DNA from: an uncultured Candidatus Rokubacteria bacterium
GTDB lineage: Bacteria > Methylomirabilota > Methylomirabilia > Rokubacteriales > CSP1-6
Direction: 5' to 3'
NCBI GenBank assembly: GCA_963771355.1
Contig: CAVYTA010000006.1
Coordinates: 224,001 to 288,000, forward strand
Length of the DNA stretch: 64,000 nucleotides
Under the pieces are notes generated by a model that was not told where the DNA came from, ran no database searches, and saw nothing but the letters and a program-made list of their open reading frames with translations. Of the stretch, positions 51,530 to 61,219 are shown one piece after another. A program made the translations under genes and the position numbers. Positions within the stretch are counted from its first letter, which is position 1. Each line of letters starts with the position of its first letter.

Positions 51530-52942
51530 ATGCTCGAAGAGCCCACTTCGCTCCGCATCGAGGACCCCGGCGTCCGGGCGCTGTTCACCGAATCTGCGCG
51601 GTTTCAATCGTGGCTGGACGTCGAGGCCGCGCTCGCCCAGGCGCAGGGCGAGCTGGGCGTCATTCCCGAGGCCGCCGCGCGGGAGATTGTCGACAAGGCG
51701 CACCTCTCCTTCCTGGATCTGGCGGCGGTCCGGGAGGGGCTGGCGCGAACGGGTCATCCGCTGGTTCCGCTGGTGTGGGCGCTGGACCGAGCCTGCGAGG
51801 GAGACGCCGGCGGTTACGTGCACTGGGGCGCCACCACCCAGAACATCACCCAGACGGGCCAGCTCCTCCAGGTGCGCCGGGCCCACGACATCTTCCTCCG
51901 CCAGCTCGCCGCCATTCTCGCCACGCTGGCCGACCTTGCCGAGCGGACGAAGGACGTCCTGCTCCCCGGCCGCACCCACGGCCAGCACGCGGTGCCAGCC
52001 ACGTTCGGGTTCAAGGTGGCGGTGTGGATCGACGAGCTGGACCGCCACGTGGAGCGCCTGCAAGGCTGCGAGAGGCGCGTGTTCGTGGCCATGCTGGGCG
52101 GCGGCGCCGGGACCCTCGCCTCGCTCGGCGAGGGCGGTCTCGTCACGCAGGAGAAGATGGCGGCCCGGCTGGAGCTGCGACCCATGCCGATGCCCGCGCG
52201 CACCATCGGCGATCATCAGGCCGAGTACGTCCTGCTCCTCGGCATGCTGGCGGCGACGTGCAGCAAGATCGGGCGCGAGATCTACACCCTGATGAAGCAG
52301 GAGTTCGGCGAGGTCGAGGAGCCGGTGCCGGCGGGCACGGTGGGTAGCAGCACCATGCCCCAGAAGCGCAACCCGAAGCTGTCCCAGGACATCATCGCCG
52401 CCGCCGCCCAGATCCGCGCCCTGGTGCCGCTTGCGCTCGAGGCCATGCAGACCGAGCACGAGGCCGACCGCACCACCAGCATCATGATGAGCCGGGCGCT
52501 GGTGCAGGCCTGCGAGCTCACCGGCGACGTGCTGCAGCGGATGATCGCGCTCTTCGCGGGGCTGCAGGTGTTTCCGGAGCGGATGCGCCAGAACCTCGAT
52601 CTATCGGGCGGCCTCATCATGGCGGAGGCACTCATGCTCGATCTCGGCAAGCAGATCGGACGGCAGCGGGCCCACGACGCGGTCTACGACGCGGCACAGG
52701 CCTCGGTCACCCGGGGGCGCCCGTTCCGCGAGATGCTGGCGGAGGAGCCTCAGGTGAGCGCCCGGCTCACCCCCGCGCAGGTCGAGGCGCTGCTCGACCC
52801 CGCCCGGTACACGGGGCTCTGTCGCGAGTTCGCGGAGCGCGGCGCGGCGCGGGGGCGCGAGATCGCCGCCGGCCTCACGCGTGCGACTCGTGGCTCGCGA
52901 GCCGCCGGCCGGAATCCCGCTCGAACAGGTGATAGCGCCTGA
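51530..52942 (+). CDS. Adenylosuccinate lyase / 3-carboxy-cis,cis-muconate cycloisomerase family lyase
   Basis: HWGATTQ, GRTHGQHA, signature GSSTMPQKRNP. Confidence 0.9.
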   Translation: MLEEPTSLRIEDPGVRALFTESARFQSWLDVEAALAQAQGELGVIPEAAAREIVDKAHLSFLDLAAVREGLARTGHPLVPLVWALDRACEGDAGGYVHWGATTQNITQTGQLLQVRRAHDIFLRQLAAILATLADLAERTKDVLLPGRTHGQHAVPATFGFKVAVWIDELDRHVERLQGCERRVFVAMLGGGAGTLASLGEGGLVTQEKMAARLELRPMPMPARTIGDHQAEYVLLLGMLAATCSKIGREIYTLMKQEFGEVEEPVPAGTVGSSTMPQKRNPKLSQDIIAAAAQIRALVPLALEAMQTEHEADRTTSIMMSRALVQACELTGDVLQRMIALFAGLQVFPERMRQNLDLSGGLIMAEALMLDLGKQIGRQRAHDAVYDAAQASVTRGRPFREMLAEEPQVSARLTPAQVEALLDPARYTGLCREFAERGAARGREIAAGLTRATRGSRAAGRNPARTGDSA

Positions 52943-53978
52943 ACCGGAGCCACACGTTGTCACCAACCGCCGGGGGCGCGGCGCGCGTGAGAAGCGCGTG
53001 GACCTTGTCCTCTCCGACCCGGATGGTGACGAGCGTCGAGTGCCCCAGGCCGAGCGGCAGGATGTCGGTGACGATCCCGGGCATCCTTCTCTCGGCTCGC
53101 TCCCTGGAGATGTCCACGTCCTCGGGGCGCACGCCCACCCACTCATTCCCGGGCTGATCCCGTCCCGGCATCCACCGGCCCGCGATGAGGTTGATCGGTG
53201 GCGTTCCGACCTGCAGGCTCAGGAACCCGGCCACGAAGAGATTCGTCGGCTGGTCGTAGATCTCCTGGGGGGTGCCGACCTGCTCGATCCTCCCGCGGTT
53301 CATCACCGCGATGAGGTCCGCGAGAACCAGCGCTTCGTGGTGATCGTGAGTGACATACACCGTGGTGATCTCGAACTGTCGCAGGAGGATCTTCAGGTTG
53401 ACGCGATACTTTTCCCGGAGCGCCTGATCGAGATTCGCGAACGGCTCATCTACCAGGAAGAGCCTCGCGTCCCTGGTGATGCAGCGTCCCAGGGCTACCC
53501 GCTGCTTCTCGCCGCCGGACAGCGTGGGTGGCTTTCGGTCGAGGAGATGCGCGAGCTCGACGCCCATGAGCTCGCTGGTCCGCTGGAACTTCGCCCGCTT
53601 CAGCGCGTCCAGCTCCGGCGTCCTCTTGCGAAACAGGAAATACGACAAGATATTGGTGCGGGAGGTCACGTGGGGATAGAGGGCGTAATTCTGAAAGACC
53701 ATGCCGATGCGCCGATTGCCAGGGGGAACCTCCTTGGCGTCCACGTCGTCGTACCGCACGTGACCGGAGTCGGGAGGGATCAGCCCGGCGATGATCTTGA
53801 GGAGGGTGGTCTTGCCGCAGCCGCTCGGGCCGAGCACGACCAGGGTCTTGCCGTCGGGGATCCGGAGGGTCAGGTCCCGGATCGAAAAGGTCGACGCCCG
53901 TCCGCTCCCGCCCAGGGCGGTGAGCGTGGCCGCATCCCGGAGCGTCTTGCACACATCGACCAGGTCAATGCGCGCCAT
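52875..53978 (-). CDS. MalK-like ABC transporter ATP-binding protein
   Basis: GPSGCGKT, VFQNYALYPH, LSGGEKQR, YVTHD. Confidence 0.9.
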   Translation of the reverse strand: MARIDLVDVCKTLRDAATLTALGGSGRASTFSIRDLTLRIPDGKTLVVLGPSGCGKTTLLKIIAGLIPPDSGHVRYDDVDAKEVPPGNRRIGMVFQNYALYPHVTSRTNILSYFLFRKRTPELDALKRAKFQRTSELMGVELAHLLDRKPPTLSGGEKQRVALGRCITRDARLFLVDEPFANLDQALREKYRVNLKILLRQFEITTVYVTHDHHEALVLADLIAVMNRGRIEQVGTPQEIYDQPTNLFVAGFLSLQVGTPPINLIAGRWMPGRDQPGNEWVGVRPEDVDISRERAERRMPGIVTDILPLGLGHSTLVTIRVGEDKVHALLTRAAPPAVGDNVWLRFRRYHLFERDSGRRLASHESHA

Positions 53979-54823
53979 GGAGCGATGCCAGCAGGGCGGG
54001 AAGGGTGTCCAGGACCTCGCCGAGGCACTGCCGCACGCGCGCGATGTTCGCGTCCGCCTTCTCGGGAATGCCCCCGCGCGAGACGTGAGCGATGAACTCG
54101 TCGCGGCTGGTGGTCATGAGGAGCGCGGCGTTGATCTCGAGCTGGAGCGCGTGGACCTGCCGGGTCCGCGGCTGGCCGAACGTCGCCACGATATTGCCGC
54201 CGGTATAGCCGGCGACGTTATCGTCCACCTCGAAGCCGTGGCGGGTGAAGATCGCGCCCACCGCGGCGGCGAGCTCCGGCGCGCAGGTGGCCTCGTGGCG
54301 TGTGCCGATGATCACCTCGTGGTCCTTCATCCGGCGGGGGCTGCCGGTGTGGCCGTCGAGGAGCAAGGCGTAGCCGTAGGTGTCGCAGAGCCGGCCGAGG
54401 AGGCCGTCGAGGGTCGAGTAGTAAGGGTCGTAGAGGGCCTGGAGGCGCTCCTCGAGCTCGAAAAGGCCGAGAGGGCGCGTGAAGATGGGCACGTCCCGCA
54501 TGGTGTGGGTGCGGACCACCCCCCGCCGCGAGCGCACCTCGCCGTCGGTATGCTCGAAGTCGTCCCGGCGGCGGTTGACGTCCACGAACATGCGGGAAAA
54601 CGGGGTGGCCAGCACGGTGGCGCCGTGCTCGTGCAGGTCTCCGTAAAGGTCCCGCGCGAAGGTGTCGGCGAAGCCGTAGGCGAAGGTCTCGAACCACGGC
54701 TCGCCGTAGTCGCCCGCGGGTGATGTGCGGCAGGGGGTGGGTGCCGTAATGCGGCACGCTGACGAGGACGGGAGAGTGCGTCCCGGGCTCGGGATGTCGG
54801 ATGATCGGGAAGGCGTGCTCCAT
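53965..54823 (-). CDS. N-formylglutamate amidohydrolase family protein, with a single-base frameshift at about 54712-54720
   Basis: N-terminal SPVLVSVPH; after the shift ...SRMFVDVNR, YDPYY, LLDGH, YTGG, HALQLEIN. Confidence 0.8.
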
Positions 54824-54904
54824 CGGCTGTCGTGATGCTACGGCGGGCGGCGACCGCTAGGCAAGGGGAGGATGTAGGATAGGGCCCCGGGAGGGCCGAT
54901 CCAG

Positions 54905-55798
54905 ATGCTGCCGACGCACGGGCGTTACGACTACTCGAACATCACGACACGCCCGGACTATACCTGGCCGGGCGGGCGCCGCCTGGCCGTCTACCTGGCG
55001 CTCAACATCGAAGCCTTCGGTTTCGGCGTCGGCAAGGGTGCCGCCATCGCCCCGCCGGACCAGGCGCAGAGCCACAGCATCTATAGCTGGCGCGACTACG
55101 GCAATCGCGTGGGCATCTGGCGCCTGTTCGAGCTGCTCGACGAGCTCGGGATGCCGGCCGAGGCCCAGATGAACACCGCGATCTACGAGATGGCGCCGGA
55201 TGTGCCGTCGCGGCTGCGCGCCCGGGGCGACGAGATCCTCGGCCACGGCGTGACCAACTCCGACGAGCAGGGCCAGCTCACCGAGGATCGGGAGCGCGCG
55301 CTGATCGAGGACGTCACCGCCACCATCGCGCGGCACGAAGGGGGGCCGCCGATCGGCTGGATGAGCCCGTGGCTGTCGAACAGCGCCGTCACCATGGATC
55401 TCCTCCAAGAGGCGGGCTACCGGTACGTGATGGACTGGACCATGGACGACCAGCCCATCTGGCTCCGCACCCGCAAGGGCCGGATCCTCGCCATACCCTA
55501 TCCGATCGAGGTGAACGACACGCGGGGCATCGTCTGGTATCGCTACACCGCCGATGAGTTCGCCGACATGATCGTGGACCAGTTCGACGAGATGCTGGCG
55601 CAGTCCGCGCGCCAGCCGCTGGTGTGCCCCATCTCGCTGCATCCCTTCGTCATCGGCCGGCCCTACCGGATCCGCCGGCTGCGGCGAGCCCTCCAGCACA
55701 TCCTCGCGCACGCCGATCGGGTCTGGCTGACACGCCCCCGCGAGATCTGCGCGCACATCGAATCCTTGCCGCCCGGGATCGTGCCGGGCAGCGCCTGA
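54905..55798 (+). CDS. Polysaccharide deacetylase/PuuE-like hydrolase
   Basis: WPGGRRLAV, WRDYGNRVGIWR, GWMSP, SLHPF. Confidence 0.88.
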   Translation: MLPTHGRYDYSNITTRPDYTWPGGRRLAVYLALNIEAFGFGVGKGAAIAPPDQAQSHSIYSWRDYGNRVGIWRLFELLDELGMPAEAQMNTAIYEMAPDVPSRLRARGDEILGHGVTNSDEQGQLTEDRERALIEDVTATIARHEGGPPIGWMSPWLSNSAVTMDLLQEAGYRYVMDWTMDDQPIWLRTRKGRILAIPYPIEVNDTRGIVWYRYTADEFADMIVDQFDEMLAQSARQPLVCPISLHPFVIGRPYRIRRLRRALQHILAHADRVWLTRPREICAHIESLPPGIVPGSA

Positions 55799-55820
55799 CC
55801 ATCCCCACGAGGAGACATCC

Positions 55821-56693
55821 ATGAAGATCGGCGTCGTGCTCCCGCAGACCGAGATCGGCAACGACCCCGCCGCCATCAAGGCCTACGCCGAGGCGGTCGA
55901 GGGTATGGGCTTCACCCATATCCTGGTCTTCGACCACGTGCTGGGCGCCAATCCCGAGCGCCCCGGGGGCTGGAAGGGGCCCTACACCTACCGTCACGGC
56001 TTTCACGAGCCCTTCGTGCTCTTCGGGTTCCTCGCCGCGGCCACGCGCCGGGTGGAGCTGGTGACCGGCATCATCATCCTGCCGCAGCGCCAGACCGCGC
56101 TGGTCGCCAAGCAGGCGGCGGCGGTGGACGTGCTCTCCGGCGGGCGGCTGCGGCTCGGCGTGGGGGTCGGCTGGAACCCGGTGGAGTTCGAGGCGCTCGG
56201 CGAGGACTTCACCACCCGCGGCCGGCGCGTGGAGGAGCAGGTCGAGGTGATGCGCGCGCTCTGGACGCGGGAGCTGGTCACGTTCAAGGGGGCGCACCAC
56301 CAGATCTCGGACGCCGGCCTCAACCCGCTCCCGGTGCAGCGGCCCATCCCCATCTGGATGGGCGGGGAGAGCGAGCCGGTGCAGCAGCGCATGGCCCGCA
56401 TTGCCGATGGCTGGATGCCCCACTTCCGCCCCGGCGCGCCGGCCCAGGCGACAGTGGACCGGCTCCACGAGATGATCCGCGGAGCCGGGCGCGACCCGAG
56501 GGCCTTCGGGATCGAGGGTCGCATGGCGCTGCCCCAGATCCCGGCGGCGGACTGGGGCAAGGAGCTGGAGGCGTGGCGCGCCATGCGCGGGATCACGCAC
56601 CTGTGCGTCCACACGGCCGGCATGGGGCTGGCGACGCCGGACGATCACGTGAAGACGCTGCGCCGCTTCCGCGAGACGGTAGGGCTCGGCTGA
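55821..56693 (+). CDS. LLM-class (putative F420-dependent) oxidoreductase
   Basis: FDHV, EPFVLFGFLAA, PQRQTALVAKQAA, GVGVGWN. Confidence 0.9.
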   Translation: MKIGVVLPQTEIGNDPAAIKAYAEAVEGMGFTHILVFDHVLGANPERPGGWKGPYTYRHGFHEPFVLFGFLAAATRRVELVTGIIILPQRQTALVAKQAAAVDVLSGGRLRLGVGVGWNPVEFEALGEDFTTRGRRVEEQVEVMRALWTRELVTFKGAHHQISDAGLNPLPVQRPIPIWMGGESEPVQQRMARIADGWMPHFRPGAPAQATVDRLHEMIRGAGRDPRAFGIEGRMALPQIPAADWGKELEAWRAMRGITHLCVHTAGMGLATPDDHVKTLRRFRETVGLG

Positions 56694-57079
56694 TGCCCCG
56701 GAAGGAGATCGTCAGCGTCGAGATCGGGCGGCCGAATCCCAACCTGTCTCTGGCCACCAAGTTCGGCAATCTCGTCTTCGTGTCCGGGCAGACGGGGCGC
56801 CACCCGGTCACCGGCGAGGTGGGCAAGGATATCCGGGAGCAGACGCGCTTCACGCTCGAGCGTATCAAGGTGATCCTGGCCGCGGCCGGCACGTCGCTCG
56901 ACAACGTGCTGACCGCGATGACGCATCTGACCCGCCGCGAGGACGTGGCCGCCTACAACGAGGAGTACGCGAAGTATTTTCCCACCGGAAAGCCCGCGCG
57001 GACCACGGTGACCGTCGCGGCGCTGAACTTTCCGGAGCTCCTAGTGGAGATCACGGTCACCGCGTGCATTCCGGAGTGA
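56693..57079 (+). CDS. RidA/YjgF family protein
   Basis: VFVSGQ, NEEYAKYF..KPART, LVEI. Confidence 0.9.
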   Translation: MPRKEIVSVEIGRPNPNLSLATKFGNLVFVSGQTGRHPVTGEVGKDIREQTRFTLERIKVILAAAGTSLDNVLTAMTHLTRREDVAAYNEEYAKYFPTGKPARTTVTVAALNFPELLVEITVTACIPE

Positions 57080-58236
57080 GAGGGCCCAGCGCGTGGCGGG
57101 CGGTAGCGGCCGCCACCGCGCTGAATGCCCCCCTCGGCTCGATCTACGCGTTCAGCGTCTTTCTCAAGCCCCTGGAATCGCTGCTCGGCCTGAGCCGGGC
57201 AGATCTTGCCTTCGTCTTCGCGCTGGCGGCGGCGGCATTCGCCGCCGGGATGAACCTGGTGCCGCTCGGGTTCGGGCGCGTGTCGGCGCCGGTGCTGGCG
57301 CTGGCGTGTGCGGGGCTGAGCGCGCTCGGCATCGCGCTGGTCGCCACGGCGGGGGGCCTCCGCCAGCTCGCTCTGGGCTACGGCTTATGCTTCGGCGCCA
57401 GCGTGGGCGCCGCCTACATTCTCTTCCAGCAGATTGTGAACCTCGCGGCGACCTCGCGCCGCGGCCTGGTCAATGGCTACCTCGTCAGTCTGCTGCCCGC
57501 CGGGGCCATGATCGCCGCGCCCGTTTTCGGGTGGGCGATCCCGACCATCGGCGTGCGCGCTGCGCTCGGCTGGTTCGCGGGCGTTCTCGCGCTCCTGGGA
57601 CTCATCAGCGCGTGGCTGACCGCGCGATCCGGCGTCACCCTTGCGACGGCGTCCGCCGGCGTCCGCATGAGTGAGGACGAGCGGCGCCGGCCGGTGTTCT
57701 GGCGGCTCTGGCTCATCTTCTTCCTCGCGGCATCCGCGGGGCTGATGGTGCTGAGCCAGGCGGCCGGCATCATCACGGCCTATGGGGGCTCGGCGGCCCT
57801 CGCCGTGTACGGCACGACGCTCATCACCGCCACCGTCGCCGCCGCGCGGCTGGGCGGGGGCTGGATGGCGGACTGGCTCGCGATTCCCCGCGTGGCGGCG
57901 GGTGCTCATGCCGTCGCCCTCGCCGGAGGTGTCGCGCTGATCCTCTGGCCCGGCGCCGGGATGTCGGTGCTGGCGCTGGGTCTGGTGGGGCTCGGGTACG
58001 GCCTGGTCTCGGGGGTCACCGCCGCGGCCGTCGCCGCCTACTGGCGGCGCGCGCTCTACGGCCGCGTGGCGAGCCGCATCTACATCGCGTGGTCCGCCGC
58101 CGCAATCGTCCTGCCGATCATCGCCGCGCGGCTGTTCGACCTGACCCAGGGTTATGGCCCGGCGGTAATGATCGCCGCCGGCGGCAATGCCCTGGGCATC
58201 CTGGTCGCGCTCGGGCTGCCCCGGCAAGAACGCTAG
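57076..58236 (+). CDS. MFS transporter (OFA-like)
   Basis: GSIYAFSVFLKPL; about 12 hydrophobic helices. Confidence 0.82.
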   Translation: MRGPSAWRAVAAATALNAPLGSIYAFSVFLKPLESLLGLSRADLAFVFALAAAAFAAGMNLVPLGFGRVSAPVLALACAGLSALGIALVATAGGLRQLALGYGLCFGASVGAAYILFQQIVNLAATSRRGLVNGYLVSLLPAGAMIAAPVFGWAIPTIGVRAALGWFAGVLALLGLISAWLTARSGVTLATASAGVRMSEDERRRPVFWRLWLIFFLAASAGLMVLSQAAGIITAYGGSAALAVYGTTLITATVAAARLGGGWMADWLAIPRVAAGAHAVALAGGVALILWPGAGMSVLALGLVGLGYGLVSGVTAAAVAAYWRRALYGRVASRIYIAWSAAAIVLPIIAARLFDLTQGYGPAVMIAAGGNALGILVALGLPRQER

Positions 58237-58860
58237 CTACTCGGCGTCGCCCTCGGCCTTGACCTTGGTCACGAGCTGCTCGAGCGCCTCGTAGGGTTGC
58301 GCGCCCACGACGCCGCGGCGGCCGACCACGAAGGTCGGCACGCCCGTGATTCCGTACTCGCGGGAGAGCTTCCAGTCCGCGTCGACGGCGGCCTTGTAGG
58401 TCCGCTTCTCGAGCACTTCGCGGGCGGCGTCGATCGGCAGGCCCACCGACTGCGCGATCTCGAGGAGCACGGCGGGCTGGGAGATGTCCCGCGCCTCGAC
58501 GAAGTAGGCCCGGAACATCGCGTCGTGGAAGGCCTCGCCGCCGGGCTGGGTGTCCGCCCACTTACCCAGCTCCTGGGAGAGCCGGCTATTGTAGGTGTGG
58601 GTGCGCTCGCCATACGGCAGCCCTTCAGCGTCCATGCGCGCCTTCATCTGGGCATGCATGGCCTTGATATCCAGCCCGCGCCCGGCGAAGAGATCGGCCA
58701 GGGCCAACCCTTCCGCCGGCGTTTCCGGGTGCAGGGGAAAGTGCACCCACTCGACCTTCACCCCGTGCTCTTTCTTCAGCCTCTCAATACGCCCGGTACT
58801 GAGATAGCACCACGGTCAGACATAGTCGGAGAAGATCTGCATCGTCACGGGCTCGGGCAT
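58237..58860 (-). CDS. FrnE/DsbA-like thiol-disulfide oxidoreductase; predicted selenoprotein (TGA=Sec at 58816-58818, U15 of 207 aa)
   Basis: AGGAGG RBS; MPEPVTMQIFSDYV-TGA-PWCYLSTGRIERL...FPLHPETP...GITGVPTF; CPWC becomes UPWC; hairpin follows. Confidence 0.92.
58782..58804 (-). promoter_or_regulatory. Candidate bacterial SECIS element (DsbA-like)
   Basis: 9-bp stem TCTCAGTAC/GTATTGAGA (one G-U pair), loop CGGGC at +21 to +25 from the UGA. Confidence 0.75.
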
Positions 58861-58906
58861 CACGACACCTCCTGTCGTTGGGTTTCCACGGCCTCAGCCT
58901 ACACCG

Positions 58907-60238
58907 TTACCGTCGCGCGAGGAGCATGCGGATGCCCGGCTCCGGGCGCAGCGTGATGTAGGGGGTGGGCGTGATGCGCTGGCTGGGGACCAGCGACAGC
59001 CGGAAGCGCTGGGCGATGGTGGCGAGGATCAGAACGGCTTCCATCTGGGCGAAGCTATTGCCGATGCACTGGCGCGGCCCGCCGCCGAACGGGAAGTAGG
59101 CGAACCGCGGCAGCCGCTGGGCGAGGTCGCCGGCCCAGCGCTCCGGGCGGAAGGTCGCGGGCTCCTCGAACCAGCGGCGGTCGCGTTGCACCGTCCACGT
59201 GGGCGCGATGAGGATGTCCTTGGGCGCGATGGCGTGGCCCGCGATCTCGGTCGCCCGGGCCGCCTGGCGCCCGATCCCGTAGGCCGGCGGGTAGAGCCGC
59301 ATCGCCTCCGTCACCACCGTGGCGGCATACGTCAGCCGGGGCAGATCCGCGACGCTCGGAGGACGCCCGCCTAGGACCTCGCGCAGCTCGGCGGCGAGCC
59401 TCGCGTCGGCCTCGGGGTGCTGGGCGAGCAGGTACCACGTCCACGACAGCGCCACTGCGGTCGTCTCGTGGCCGGCTAGAAACATCGTCATGGCCTCGTC
59501 GCGGACCTGCTGCCCGGTCATCCGGGAGCCGTCGTCGGCGTCCTGGGCGTGCAGGAGCATGGAGAGAAGATCGCCCCGGTCCTCGCCGCTCGCGCGGCGC
59601 TCGGCGATCAAGCGGTGGATGAGCCGGTCGAGGCGCTGGATCGCCCGTCGCGATCGGAGGTTTCTCGGGGTCGGCACCCAGTAGGGAATCAGCTGGAAGC
59701 TGGACAGCCGGGCGCCGAAGTCCTCCGCCAGGACCCGTGCCGCTTGACCGACCTCGTGGGCATCGCCGGAGACGTCGGCGTCGAAGAGGGTCTTGCCGAC
59801 TATCGCCTGGGTCAGCGCCATCATCTCCCCGTGCACCTCGAGGACGCCACCGTCCTTCCAGCCGACGACATGGCGCCCGGCGAACGCGGCCATCACGTCG
59901 CCGTAACCGGCCACGCGCTGGCGGTGGAACACGGGCTGGAGCAGACGGCGCTGGCGGAGCCACGTGTCGCCCTCGGAGAGGAAGAGCCCGTCGCCGAGCA
60001 GGGGACGGAGCAGGCGCACGCCGGGACTCTTGACGAAGTCCCGGTTCCGGGTCACGAAGATCTCCTCGATTGCGTCCGGATGGTAGATCAGCAGGATGCG
60101 GTAGGGGCCCATCCGGGTGTCGACGACGTCTCCGTACTCGCGCGCGCAGGCCTCGTAGAAGCCCAGCTGATCGCGCCGGAAATGGGTCACGCTTCCGGAG
60201 AAGTAGCCGCCCTTCGGGCCTCGAAGGCCCGCTTTCAC
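58907..60238 (-). CDS. Cytochrome P450
   Basis: AGHETT, EAMRLYPP, FRPERW, heme motif FGGGPRQCIG; GTG start uncertain. Confidence 0.92.
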   Translation of the reverse strand: MKAGLRGPKGGYFSGSVTHFRRDQLGFYEACAREYGDVVDTRMGPYRILLIYHPDAIEEIFVTRNRDFVKSPGVRLLRPLLGDGLFLSEGDTWLRQRRLLQPVFHRQRVAGYGDVMAAFAGRHVVGWKDGGVLEVHGEMMALTQAIVGKTLFDADVSGDAHEVGQAARVLAEDFGARLSSFQLIPYWVPTPRNLRSRRAIQRLDRLIHRLIAERRASGEDRGDLLSMLLHAQDADDGSRMTGQQVRDEAMTMFLAGHETTAVALSWTWYLLAQHPEADARLAAELREVLGGRPPSVADLPRLTYAATVVTEAMRLYPPAYGIGRQAARATEIAGHAIAPKDILIAPTWTVQRDRRWFEEPATFRPERWAGDLAQRLPRFAYFPFGGGPRQCIGNSFAQMEAVLILATIAQRFRLSLVPSQRITPTPYITLRPEPGIRMLLARR

Positions 60239-60255
60239 GGCGTGGGCATCGACGC

Positions 60256-61216
60256 CTACACCTTGACGAGCTTTCGCAGGCTGCGCAGCCCGGGCGGGTG
60301 TGGCTGGTCCTTGTAGCGATTGCGCCAGTTGGTGTAGGACACCTCGCCGATGTAGATGTCGCCGTGCGAGTCCACGGCGAGCCCGTGCGGCGAGACGAAC
60401 TGGTCCGGCTCGAGCCCGGCCGGGCGGTGGCCCACCCGCGCCAGCAGGTGTCCCCGCGCATTGTAGATGCTGACGCGAGGTCCGATATTGGGCATGTCGT
60501 AGTTGACGCCCAGCCCGCCGCCGATCTCGCCCACGTAGAAGCGCGGCCGCTCGCCGCGCTGCAAGCAGAGGCCCGAGGGGCGGTGCATGTTGTTCCACTG
60601 GGTCTCGTAGCGGCCATTGCCGTCGAAGACCTGGACGCGGTGGTTCTCTCGGTCGGCAACGTAGACCCAGCCCTCCTCGTCGCAGCAGATATTGTGCGGG
60701 ATATTGAACCGGCCCGGATCGGTGCCCGGCTCGCCCCACGAGAGCAATAGCCTCCCGTCGGGTGCGTACTTGTGGACGCGCGCATTGCCGTACCCGTCGG
60801 AGACGTAGAGCTCGCCACGCGGCGACAGCGCGGTGTGAGTGCAGCGGTGAAACGGCTCGCCGCTCATGTAAGGCCGCGGCGTCTCCGGGGATGCCGATGG
60901 TCAGCAGCACCTTGCCGTCCAGCGTGCAGTGCCGGACGGTGTGGTCACCGTCGTCGGTGAGCCAGAGGGTGTCGTCCGGCGCCATGTGGACGCCGTGGGC
61001 GCGGTGAAACACTCCCTCGCCCCAGGAGTGCAGGAAATTGCCGTCGCGGTCGAAGACCACCATCGGATGCGCGCCGCGGTTGAACGCGTAGACGCGGTCC
61101 TGCGCGTCCACCCCCACCGCCGCGACGTCGGCGTTGAACTCCCGCCCCGGCGGGAGCTTCGCCCAGTCGTTCACGACCTCATAGCGAAACGCGTCCGTGC
61201 CCAGGATGATCGCCAT
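60256..61216 (-). CDS. NHL-repeat beta-propeller (peptidyl-alpha-hydroxyglycine lyase-like), with a single-base frameshift at about 60880-60890
   Basis: WAKLPPG...AHG...DDGDH, then after the shift SDGYGNARVHK, FNIPH, ADRENHRVQ, SPHGLAVD. Confidence 0.82.
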
Positions 61217-61219
61217 CGC

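Noticed and set aside
31493..52942. Convergent 3' overlaps (31493-31536, 46924-47002, 52875-52942) as antisense regulation
   Set aside because: Short tail overlaps are common in stop-poor high-GC genomes; no further support
58907..61216. 769-aa NHL-P450 fusion in the ORF track
   Set aside because: Artefact of the frameshift near 60885; the NHL gene finishes in another frame (stop at 60256) and the linker is off-frame sequence
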